64,000 nucleotides of DNA from Eledone cirrhosa (lineage: Eukaryota): contig OZ024741.1 in NCBI GenBank assembly GCA_964016885.1, positions 194,928,001 to 194,992,000 on the forward strand, read 5' to 3'. Shown piece after piece: positions 43,425-55,007 of this stretch (its first letter is position 1; each line of letters opens with the position of its first letter). The position numbers and the translations under genes are program-made. The notes under the pieces are model-generated. The model searched no databases. It was not told where the DNA came from and saw only the letters and a list, made by a program, of their open reading frames with translations.

Positions 43425-44113
43425 CCCTAACAGTAGACTACCTGTATTAGACACGGAACTCTGGATTAGACGAGAGGGCCCAAATTCTCCACTCACACTA
43501 CGCTAAACCCATGGCTTCCAAATACCTGATACTCAAAAACTCAGCAATGTCCAGTAGTGCTAAGTTTAATATTCTGATTGCTGACTTGGTACGAGTGATG
43601 AAGAACGTGTCCCGCATGTACGACCCAACAGAAATGGAAAGACACACCCAACACTCCATCAACCGCATGCAGTTCTCTGGTTACAACCAAAAAGATAGAA
43701 TCAGAGTATACGATGGAGCTACGGAGAAGTATAAGACCCTCATAGAACTGGACATGAAAGGAATTTGCCTATTATACAGGAGCAAATCATGGAATAGCTT
43801 AGATAGGACTAAACATAAGATAAGGAAAGCCACCTCATCGTACGACAACCAGAGATAACAGAGTGTCATGTTGGTGGTTGGTGGACGCTACCCCTGGAGG
43901 AAAATTAGCTAACCAGTGTAGAAAGGCCCTGAGAAAGACCCACTTAAAGATTAAGGTGGTAGAAAAGCCAGGAACTACCATAAAATCCATGATCAGCAAA
44001 ACATACCCTTTAAGAAAACCCACTGTACTAATAGGAAATGTATTATATGTAAATTAAAGCCCCGGATAAACTGTAAAACTAGAAACGTAGTCTATAGTAT
44101 AAGAGGTACAGAG
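43422..44113 (+). pseudogene. Penelope-like fragment of a different lineage (RT thumb to start of GIY-YIG), interrupted by the hAT element
   Basis: LPVLDTELWI, HYAKPMASKYLILKNSAM..KFNILIADLVRVMKNVS, FSGY, VDATPGGKLA, IKVVEKPG, NCKTRNVVYSI; starts at a TA run. Confidence 0.7.
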
Positions 44114-47100
44114 CAGTGGCGTAACTAGCCTTTAAAGCCGGGGGGGGGGGGGGGGGGCAAAGTCGATCTAAAGGGGGCCCACCAATTCCATCGGCTGCAA
44201 GGAAATATGTTCATACACGCATATAGAATAGATAATGATTTATAATAGAGTAGACAGCATCATAGCTTACAGAGTTAGCATGTTCCGTGAAAACTTTATT
44301 AACTGCGAAGACGGTGGTCTATCTTCAGAAAAAAAACAACATCCAATAAAATCAGTTTTGCCATCGCTTATTCACCAACAAAAATTCGTATGTACAACAA
44401 ATCGTCCATCTAAAACTTTACTTTCACATTCGAGCACACCACTTGTTCTACAGTTCTAATTTGCGATGTTTTACTTTAGAAAATATTTCAATCACGATGC
44501 TGAAGTCAATTTTTTCAGCCAGTTCTCGCTCTATGTACATTATTGCCATAGCATTCAACCGCTCTTCACTTATGGTACTACGCAAATAATTCTTTATCAG
44601 TTTGAGCCTGCTGAAGGTTCGCTCAGCCTGCGCCGAGCTAACCGGAATAGTTATGAACATTTTGTATAAGGCAAACACGTTCGGATAGGCTCTATCTAAG
44701 TCATTAGAAATCATAAACGGAACGATCTCAGAACTCGATATGGATTTATCTAAACACACTTCCTTGTAAAAATCTTTGAATGATAAATACTCGTCGAAGA
44801 TAGTGTCATTTTCGATGTCACCCTCGTAGAATTTCACAAGATTATCGATTCTCTCTCTATTGCATGTGTCGTCGTCGTCGAAGTGCGCCGGTATCAAGCA
44901 CGAAAAATCCTTCACTAGATCGTGCAAGTCGGCAAAACGTTCGTTAAAGCTACTAATGATTCTATCTAAGATAGTGAAATAAACGTCCCGTTTAAAATGC
45001 TGACTCATCGTCTCATGAGGTTCGTCACTGGCATTTTCGTCATGAAAAGGCTTCTTTTTTCTTTTTCTTTTTTCTGTTGTAAACTCTGGTTCAACTTGAC
45101 ATTGCTCGGCGAGATTTTTAGCGTCTGATAATGTTCGGTCAAAATATTCATTTGAGTGGATGTCTTCAATTTCATTTGCTACATTTTTAATCATGACGTC
45201 CGCGGAATATAAGTCGATAGCCTCCTTCTGCAAATATTGTGAAACAGAATGCAGCTTTTTAAGTAAATTCTGAAAAAACTTCAACATGAAAATGAATTCA
45301 AACTTGCTCACATTTAGTAGCAAACCTCTGGCCTCGGCTAATACTTTCGGAGCAGTGTTGTGAATATCCCCACTTATTATCCTCTCTAGTGCACTTATTA
45401 CTGCCGGTAAGTTGTTAATGGTAGCCTCTACAGCCTGAATGTGGCTAAACCAGCGCGTATCTGAGAGTCTTTTTAATGTTAATACCGTTGAAGTCAATAG
45501 TTTTTCTTGTTCTTCTTCGAGGATTTTCAGCCTTGGCAAGCTTGATGTTAAGAAAACATACAGGCTCTCCAATATACCAAAAAATAATTTACCATCCACT
45601 GACGATTGGCTAGCATCAATTAACACCAGGTTCAGGTTATGAGCGCAACAATGGACGTAAACAGCTTTCGAAGAGCATCTATCTTTAACTCTAGCCCGAA
45701 GCCCAGAAATATGGCCGGACATATTCGACGCTCCGTCGTAAGCTTGTCCCCTAATATATTGAGCATCTAAGGATAGATCCTGGAAAAGAACTTTCACAAG
45801 CGTATCGTAAAATGATTCAGTGGCTGCTGATTCTAGTTCACAAAACGACAGTAAATGCTCTTGTGCGTGGCCACTTTTCGATACATATCGCAGTGACACA
45901 GAGCATTGATCCTGATGCAAAATGTCTATTGTGGAATCGACGATGACTGAATAGTATTTTACCGCTTTCACTTCCGTGATTATTTGTTGAGTACATTCGT
46001 ATGCCATGCATTCTATGAATTCGTTTTGTAATTTTGGACTTAAGTACATAGGCTGTCTTTTAGTGCGCCCAGGCGAGAATAAATGGCTTTTCAAGATCGT
46101 ATCATACTTGGCCATCAATTTCAACAATTCAATAAAGTTTCCTTCATTTTCTGATTTGGCGCTAGGTCCAGCATATTCCCTGTGACCTCTGAAGGCCAGG
46201 CCTTGTTTTGCGAGAAATAACGTACAATCAAGCAATCGCCTCAATATCTGGCGATTTCGTTCAATACGCTTCTTCTCTTCATGGATGAGGTTATCGATCA
46301 CTGTTTTATCTGCGTCCAAACGATATTTTGTCATGAAGTATTGCTTTTGTGCATTGATGTGAATGGCACTTTTCTCACGCTTGGCAATTTTTTCGATTCC
46401 CTTTTTGAAGTTTGCCATCCCACACTCTGAATTACCCCAAGTCTTCGAGTAAGATTCGGCATTTTTATCAGCAAACAGCCAACAACAAAAGCAATATAGT
46501 CTGTTGGATTCAGGAGAGTATACTAACCAGTGTCGGTCAACTTTATGGATTCCAGCACACTTTCTCTTGTACCAACTGATGTTGAATTTTCTGCGGTTCA
46601 AGTCGAGAGGGAAATCAGCAAAATTATCTTTCAATCCTGGCTGACAAGGACCAACGGCCATGAGGGCGCGAATTAGAGGTGTCGTCAATGGTCTGTCCTC
46701 GAAATGTTTCGGGTCGCTTGGATACTTCTCTTGTAAATTCAACATGCATTCTACTGGCTCATACTCTGGGATTAGTTTTGCCAATGTAGTTTCCTCTGAA
46801 TCATTTTCATTTTCAGATTCCGATACAGCCATTTTTCCCTCTATTGAGTTCGGATCCCCAGTTGGAACTACATCTTCAGTGACTACGACGGTTGTTGAGA
46901 TAGTCGATGGACCTGAGGCATCTTCGACGTCAGGCTCTCGTGATTCTCCAGTGCTTTTCTGTTTCTCCAGTTCATCTGACCAGACCGACTCGCCGGAAAT
47001 TCCGGCAGTTACGTTGCTTTGGGATGCGTCACTACTTTTTGACGAAGACTGTTGACTTTTCAGAAAACTTGTGATTAGATGACATTTCTTTGCAGATTCT

Positions 47101-47540
47101 TCCGTGGCAGCTGGTCTAGCTTCTCTCCTCTTTGTTGCTCCAGTTTTGTAAGTTTTTTTTAGGCAGCATTGTTAATGAGCACTATATTGACACTGTTTTC
47201 CAGTGGCTTTGTCTTAAAAAAAAAATTCTTCCTTTTTCTTTTTCTTTTTTTTTTCTACAAGTCTTTAAGTGCCGAAATAGCTTGTGATTAGAAAGCCACT
47301 TCACTTACCGCATTTCTCTGGTCCTGGCAAAGTCGTTGGCTGGTTTACCTCTCTTCCACGTGTGTACAATCCAGCTCGCCGATCGCAGCCTCAAATCGCA
47401 CGTCTGTCTCAGTCCGATGACCGCCGTAGAAGAGAAAGGGGCATCTCAAGCTGACGTCACATCTGCTCGCCCTTCCGGTCGAGCACGCTTCCGGTCAAGC
47501 ACGCACAGCTTCCGGCCACTACACACCACACCATACCCAC
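44114..47540 (-). mobile_element. hAT DNA transposon; one TIR visible
   Basis: CAGTGGCGTAACTAG at 44114-44128 is a hAT-type terminus exactly where the PLE fragment breaks; a matching second TIR was not found. Confidence 0.8.
44448..46832 (-). CDS. hAT-family transposase (TTF-type Zn finger, DUF4371-like, RNase H DDE, C-terminal hAT dimerisation domain; often labelled ZMYM1-like)
   Basis: 794-aa intact ORF: WLVYS..LYCFCCWLF, GLAFRGHRE, GNFIELL, YSVIVDST, GQAYDGASNMSG, VHCCAHNLNL, TRW, TIPVSSAQAERTFSRLKLIKNYLRSTISEERL. The frame is open further upstream to about 47150. Confidence 0.93.
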   Translation of the reverse strand: MAVSESENENDSEETTLAKLIPEYEPVECMLNLQEKYPSDPKHFEDRPLTTPLIRALMAVGPCQPGLKDNFADFPLDLNRRKFNISWYKRKCAGIHKVDRHWLVYSPESNRLYCFCCWLFADKNAESYSKTWGNSECGMANFKKGIEKIAKREKSAIHINAQKQYFMTKYRLDADKTVIDNLIHEEKKRIERNRQILRRLLDCTLFLAKQGLAFRGHREYAGPSAKSENEGNFIELLKLMAKYDTILKSHLFSPGRTKRQPMYLSPKLQNEFIECMAYECTQQIITEVKAVKYYSVIVDSTIDILHQDQCSVSLRYVSKSGHAQEHLLSFCELESAATESFYDTLVKVLFQDLSLDAQYIRGQAYDGASNMSGHISGLRARVKDRCSSKAVYVHCCAHNLNLVLIDASQSSVDGKLFFGILESLYVFLTSSLPRLKILEEEQEKLLTSTVLTLKRLSDTRWFSHIQAVEATINNLPAVISALERIISGDIHNTAPKVLAEARGLLLNVSKFEFIFMLKFFQNLLKKLHSVSQYLQKEAIDLYSADVMIKNVANEIEDIHSNEYFDRTLSDAKNLAEQCQVEPEFTTEKRKRKKKPFHDENASDEPHETMSQHFKRDVYFTILDRIISSFNERFADLHDLVKDFSCLIPAHFDDDDTCNRERIDNLVKFYEGDIENDTIFDEYLSFKDFYKEVCLDKSISSSEIVPFMISNDLDRAYPNVFALYKMFITIPVSSAQAERTFSRLKLIKNYLRSTISEERLNAMAIMYIERELAEKIDFSIVIEIFSKVKHRKLEL

Positions 47541-48085
47541 AATGAGCACTATATTGAAACACTTGGAATAATGCAATTTGCTTGATTTGATATTCGACAC
47601 CGAAGAATGTAAAACACGTCAAATAATCGACGAAAAACAAAACATAGAGCAAAAGTCCAGGAAATGTCGCAAATACCAAATTGTTCTAAAATATGACTAA
47701 TGATAAAAAGTAACAACATAAATAAAAATATTATATATATGTTTTCTATATATACACACAATATATAGATATATATATTTGTGTGTATATACTCATGCAT
47801 AATTGTACTTTTAATTAAATATTAGGTTAAAAACCTGAGTATCGAGAATAACATAAGGACTAAAAGGACAGAAAAACGGGTCAGTGCTATACGAACACGC
47901 CAGACAACAACATGACGGTAACATAGACAGCATAGAAATTAAAATAATATCTAAACATAGAAATGACCCAGCAGATAGGCAAATCAGAGAGGAAAGCTAA
48001 ATAGAGCTTAGAAGGCAAAAGCTAAACAGAAAAAAATGAATGGAATAACAACACCCAAACAAACAATACTGACTTAAGAGTAATA

Positions 48086-48132
<47 letters not shown>

Positions 48133-48680
48133 ATATATACACAAGCACAATAACAACAAACACATATAAACACACACTAGTAAACTAAGATAGAATACAA
48201 TAACCAAAACATAGTCACCCAAACACGAACACACACGAAACACTATACACATACGCAAACGCATGCGCAGAGAAGAAGACAAAAATAAATAAATAAATAA
48301 ATAAACAGATTAAATAAAGATGGCGTAGATATACAATACAACAGGAGGAACATAATAGCACCACTGACCATGTTGCAGATGTGCAACGAAAGAACTTTGT
48401 TAGACAATATATATGTGTTTGTGTCTATATTATATCTGTATTTCTGACCGTTGGTCAGTCAATGGTAAACATTGATGACCGAATGAATTAACTGATATAA
48501 AAGATACAGAAGCGAAAACCAACCAAACAGTGTGTGTGTTCTGTTATTAATTCTGGCAATATTATTACAACAATATGACCCTCCCCAAGTATAACAATAT
48601 TTGTTTCGACACACGAGCTCCCGATTGGTTGAGCTTCCTCCTATATACTGGTGTTTTGGCCTTTATATATATCTGACGGT

Positions 48681-51360
48681 ATGCTAACAAAGAGTTACCT
48701 GCCTTTATCTCTGAAGAATATTCCCATCCCCTCTAGTAATACTTATGAAAAACTCTTAATTGCTAGTGTTAACTCCTTCGTAAACAGGATTAGATGGCGT
48801 GCTTTCCACTATGATAGGAATAGGACTGACCCCAAGCATAGAACTCATTTCAATAACTTTGGCTTCAAAACTTATAAGAGCCCACCACATAATGTTCTAC
48901 TAGATAACTTTGAAAATGACTTACTTTCCCTTGTCAAAAATATTAAGTATAGGCCATATAATAGACATGGGAATTATAATAATTTTGACAAGTTCCAGTC
49001 TAGACTTTAAAATATTGTTAAGGGTTTTAGTGCGAATAAGTCTAATCTTGTCCCGGCTGATAAGACTAAGAATCTATACTCTATGGATTACAGCGCTTAC
49101 CGCGATTTTATTTATAAGGAGCTGCATAGAAATTATAAAAAAACTACGCAGGATAATTTGAACCATATCAATAGTGAGGGTCTTAAGATAGTCTCGGATC
49201 TTGGCCTAGATAAATATACCCAGCCATATTACCCTAGAGAACCGAGATTCACTCTTAAGGATCATAAGGTAGACTTCATTAGTAATTCCTCTGTTAGACT
49301 CATCTGTCCTTCTAAGTCTGATATAGCCATAATTAGTAAAAAAAATCCTTGACCTTATTATACCAGATGTTAGGGAGAAGGTTAATTTCAACCTTTGGGG
49401 GAACACTAAGGAGGTTATAGATTGGTTCTCTGGCATTAATAAACTTGAATCTAGTAAGTTTATCCAGTTCGATATTGATGCCTATTACACATCGATTTCA
49501 CCCATCCTCCTTAATAAAGCCTTAATGTTGGCTATGAGAGTGTCCAGCCTTACACGATCACAGGTAGATATTATACTAGCAGCCCGTAGAACTATCATTG
49601 ATTTTGAGGATACTTTTTGGACCCGTAAAAACACGCCCAATAATTTCGACGTTACAATGGGTTCGAGTGATTCGGCCCAGGTAACTGATCTTGTTGGGTT
49701 GTTCCTCCTAAATGAACTATGTTACCTTTCCGCACCTTAAAGGCGGACTTTATCGTGACGATGCATTGTTTGTGATTAACTCTAGCACCAACAACGTCGA
49801 ACATAATAAGAAGAAGCTTTATAAGTTTTTTAAAAGCTATAACCTTTCGATCACGATAGATAGAAACGATAGAGCGGTCAACATTTTAGATGTGACTTTG
49901 GACTTGGTCACTAATAGTTTTAAACCCTTCCATAAGCCTAATGAAATACTCTCTTATGTTAGTCCAAATTCTAACCACCCCAAATCTATGATACGCTCTA
50001 TAATTAAGGGTGTATCTAATAGGATTTCCACACTCTCTAAGGACGTAGGAACATTTAATGCACATGCAGAGTACTATAATAATGCCCTAGCTAACTCAGG
50101 TTACTCTGGTAAAATACATTATAATAATAGTAACCTTAGAAAGTCTCCGCTTACTTATAATAATAATAACATAATATCCCATAATATGGCCATGAATGGG
50201 AGTAGAAAGAATAAGAATCGTAGAAATCACATAGGTGTATCTGAACCCATCCATGGGTTAAGCCACCGGACTCGTAGCAGAGAATCTAATACTTCTAGGA
50301 ATCAAGTCGAGCCCTCTGAGCGCTCACCCATTGGTAATACTTTTGATATACCTAATTCTAATAATGTTGTTTCTACTGATCCTATTATTGGCCCTAATCC
50401 TTTTGATATGACTCCAGTTGACGGCAAATATACTAGAGGTAGAAACAGAAAGAGACTTAATCGAGTTTCGGCAGATTCTAGTAATGTGGTTTTAACTAAT
50501 CCTTGTAGTAACCCAAATCTTAATAATGGGACATTAGATAACGGTAGAGTTGGTAAGGATAAAAATAGAAGGAGACTAAATACTTATTTTAACCCGCCAT
50601 ATAATCAGGAAGTAGTAACTAACATCCCTAGGTCTTTCTTTTCTATCTTAGAGAAAAAACTTCCCTCCTACTAATAAATACCATAGTATTTTTAATAAAA
50701 ATGTAATTAAACTTTCATTCTCTACCACCCCTAATATTAGTTCTCATTTAGCTAGCACTAACAATGGGAAAATTAGGGATGGATACTCCTCTCTACGTGC
50801 TGTTAGTCAGAATAGATCCGTAAATGCCTTACCACCAGAGCAGACTTTATCTCATAGTAATCCTACGTGCGATGTATCACTACTTCAGCCGATCAATAAC
50901 ACCCGGAAGTGTAACTGTAGAGTGAGTGCTAACTGCCCTTTAAACGGTAACTGCCTCTCTAAGAACATCGTTTATGCTTGTGTGGTTAAAACTAATTCTT
51001 ATAGCAGGTATATAGGCTCTACATCTAACACGTTTAAGACTAGGTTTAATTCTCATATCTCTAATTTTAAACATGTTAAGTTTAAGAATTCTACTTCTTT
51101 AGCACACCATATCTGGGATCTTAAGGGGGGCTAATATACCATATAGCCTTAGTTGGCGTATAGTAGCACGCTCTAATAACCTTTCAACACATACTAAATT
51201 TTGCAATCTCTGTATCCTTGAGACCCACTCTATAATTTTCTCTAGGGAAACCTTACTTAATAGAAAGTCTGAGATATTCTCTTCTTGCCCTCACGCCATT
51301 TCAAATTCTTACTTTTATTATAAACCTAAAGGTTCTAGTAGTGTAAATTGTATCCATTAG
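48681..51360 (+). pseudogene. PLE RT + GIY-YIG polyprotein with about 5 frameshifts
   Basis: SLKNIPIPS, RIRWRA, ADKTKNLY, FTLKDHK, VRLICPSKSD, FIQFDIDAYY, FDVTMGSSDSAQV, GLYRDD, SNHP, YFNPPYN, CNCRVSANCPLNGNCL, IVY..YIGST..FKTRFNSH, CNLCILE; several breaks lie in homopolymers. Confidence 0.9.
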
Positions 51361-53146
51361 CTGCTACATTCCCTTATCTTTTTAGTTAAGGTTTATTATG
51401 TTTACCACCATCATTATCATCATTTTTATCATTGGTTTTTAACAGCTTTTCATTATAGCTTTCATAATCTTTTGGTTACCATACCATTTCTATCTTCTTA
51501 AATGTTATATTTTCACTATTAACACCTTATGAGTTTATATCTGATTATATATTTTATTTTATTTTATATTATTCTATTTTATTTTATTTGGATTCCTCTT
51601 TGGATAACTAACCCCCCCCCCCATACATACTTGTCACTCGCTCCTTCAAATATACTATAATTATATCCAATTCCCTTTTATGCTCCTTTCTATTGTATAA
51701 TACAGTATGTTGATTATGATTTTATCCTCCATACATTTTTTTTCTGTCCCCATTGGCCTACCATAACTCTATTTAAAGTCTGTTTATTAGATAACGTTAT
51801 TCAACTGATAGTTGAATATTTCATTTTTTCCAGATATATTTTTATAGTGATATATTTAAATTCGGGGATTTTGATTACTTAAACTATAGCTAATTTTGTA
51901 TGGACTTATTATGTATTTTAATTACTTTCAATATTAATTAATTTAATAGGGTTTTCTAGTCATTTATCCGGGTTTGTTTCCTACATTTTTTACTTAACTG
52001 CATGCGACACCTAAGTAAATACTTTTGTTTTTGTTTTTCGATTTCCGGTTGATTGTATTTATTTATATATAATACCGTGCGTAGTCTGTCTGTCTGGCTC
52101 TCATTCACTTATTCACAAATGTCTCTCCACCAACCATGTAATTATGTATATTATACTATGTTCAATATTTTATATTGAAATTTTATATCATTCCACTCTT
52201 TGTAAACGTACTACTGATCATTATTATTTACCGATTATTAAATGTACCATTATGTTATGTTAAATTCTGTAAATCCTGTAATATGTTTATATTTTTATAA
52301 TTCTTGTAATGTTTGGATAATATTTATTTACACCAACTGTATAGAAATTTGATCTATTTTCTTGCAATGGTTTTGATATTTTTCCAACATAATTTTTCCA
52401 ATATAATTTAGTTCTGTACAATATTTTTTCTCACCCTGACTGTAAATCTATATGATTAGTTAAGTTATATGCCATTATATTATAATATTGTGATTTTAGT
52501 GTTATTGTAACATTTATATTGTTTGTGCAAATTAATCGGAGATTATCTATTATATAATTATATATTTTATTATATATTTTATGCTTACTTTTAATCGTTT
52601 ATTCTTCATTTTATACTGTAAATATTATATGTATTATATTTTAATTTTATTTTCATTTGTATTTTTCATTTGTATTTTTCATTTGTATTTTTATTTTTAT
52701 TTTTATTATTATTATTCTTATTTATATTTAAACTCTTAATAAGGGTTAGTTTGTGCTTCTATTGATGGAAATGTGTATTGATATATATATATATATATGT
52801 GTACATATGTATATATATATATATGTATATTGGGCCTTTTAACATTATTATTATTATCATTATTAATTATATTATATTTTATATTATATTATATTATATT
52901 ATATTATATATAGTACAATAATTCCCGCTCTATATCACCACCTCTGTTTTAGCTCTAGTTTTCGCATTGGACTATATTTGTAATATGGTTCAAAATGTTA
53001 CTTACTTCCTTAGCAATTTGCACTTGATCATTTTTTACTTGATAATTTTTACCCGCTTATTTTCCTATGATTTAATCTATGTACACTCCATATTCTTCTG
53101 GGTTTTCGGCTTGTATTGGCTGATAGTGCTTCTTATAGTTTTAATT

Positions 53147-53184
53147 GCCTTGATGAGTCCTTAATAGGACGAAACATTGTTGGC
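53147..53184 (+). ncRNA. Type I hammerhead at the 3' end of PLE E (U3 variant)
   Basis: gcc-TTGATGA-gtcc-ttaata-ggac-GAAACATTGTT-ggc then AATAAA. Confidence 0.72.
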
Positions 53185-53310
53185 TAATAAAGACTTTTGA
53201 TGTATTGAAGGCTTCTTTGGTTTATTTTCATAATATTTTCATTATATATATATATATATATATAAAATTTATATATATATGTAGATATATATATATACAC
53301 CCCCCACACG

Positions 53311-53407
<97 letters not shown>

Positions 53408-53452
53408 ACACACACACACACACACACACACCCACACACACACATATATATA

Positions 53453-53484
<32 letters not shown>

Positions 53485-53702
53485 CATTTGTACCTGCCAA
53501 AGTGATTAAAATATTATTAGTTCAACAATTTCTTTTTCACTGCACAATTATTTCTAATTTAATATTTGATCTTCACTAATGTGAGATATGGTAACTTAAC
53601 CTTTGCTTTCATGAGGATGGCGTCTCTGAGTAATTAACCTCATTGATTTATTTTGTTTAGATAAGCTAATATTTCCACACGTACAACATTATATACCTAC
53701 GT

Positions 53703-53765
<63 letters not shown>

Positions 53766-54804
53766 CGCAAAAACACACACATATATATATATATGCACAC
53801 ACAGACTCACACACACGCAGACTCTCATGAACACACATATATATCGTGTACGTGTCTGCGTGATGAAGAGATTTAGAAATTGTAAAATACAAAAATAACA
53901 ACAGCCTAAAAAAAAAATATATTACCATTAGTTGAATTAGTTTTTCGTTATACACCAGTTTTATTACTCTAGTCACATGAAAAGACTGCAAAACAAACAT
54001 ACAGTAAAGAGGACATTCACTAAGGTACTATTTCATGTGAAAACAAGACAAAGGTTGGATTCTCTTCTTAGTCAAATGTCTGATATTATGAAAAACATAA
54101 TGATAATAGAAATATACAATTTTCCATGAATACTTTCTCTATCTGTCTGACTGTCTGTCTCTCTTTCTCTCTATCTCCGTCTCACTCTTCCAACGAATCC
54201 TTGATAGTAATAAGAGGATGGGGATGATGAAAATATGTATTAAGAAAAGAATCACTCTTTTCTACTTGTTATTCCAGAAAATGCCGGAAACATACGTTTC
54301 AGAATTACTTTTGACCGGAATATGTTTGTCAAGAATATGTTAAGAAACTACTTTACAGAAATATTCCTGTCATCACAAGGACTTTGAAGATTTTTTTGTC
54401 CTTCATATTATTATCCAGCCAGAAGCATTTGAAACTTCCAGGAAAGAAAAGATTACTTTAGTTCTAATAAATAAAAACTGATTTCTGTAGAAATCTATTT
54501 CATAGGCCCGGAAACTTTGGGTGATTTAAAGGAAAAAAGAAATCATATCATTTTGAAGTGAAATAATTTTAAGTATAACTGTTTATTTGTTGAGAAAGAA
54601 TCATTTGAAGCGACAAAAGAACAACGAAACAAACAGTCATTTGCTGTGTCACAAGAAATAAAATTAATCTAAAACAGAAAATAATTTCGAAAGTGGAAAA
54701 TTTTAACAGAAAACTATATTTTAGTAAAGAAATATACTTTTTCCTTTAGAAAAACAGTAAAAATACTAGTGGTGATGAAGATGAGTAATTTTAAAAGTAA
54801 TCGC

Positions 54805-54992
54805 ATTGGATTGGCAGTATCGGTAGAGGGTCGGACGCCATGCTTTGCAGCATAGAGTTACGGCCCTATATGGTCTGAGTTAAAATCCTGCCGAGGTTAA
54901 CTTTGCCTTTCATCCTTAAGGGGTCGATAAAATAAAGTACCAGTAATGCACTGAGATAATTGCTGGCCTTGTGCAAAAAGTAGAAACAATTA
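54805..54992 (+). mobile_element. tRNA-type SINE directly upstream of the satellite
   Basis: ggattggcagtatcggtagagggtcggac (A-box-like)..ctgagttaaaatcc (B-box-like)..tttgcctttcatcc..gggtcgataaaataaagtaccag..gtagaaacaatt. Confidence 0.85.
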
Positions 54993-55007
54993 TTTTGTAG
55001 TTGAAGA

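Larger units (their letters stand above)
48600..53245 (+). mobile_element. Penelope-like element E, apparently full-length, with a ~1.9-kb 3' UTR and hammerhead, ending at (TA)n
   Basis: Complete motif series from SLKNIPIP to GIY-YIG, then an AT-rich UTR, hammerhead, AATAAA and TA run. Confidence 0.9.

Noticed and set aside
44448-46832. Host ZMYM1 gene
   Set aside because: Intronless ORF with a TIR, inserted into another transposon; a transposase is the simpler explanation.
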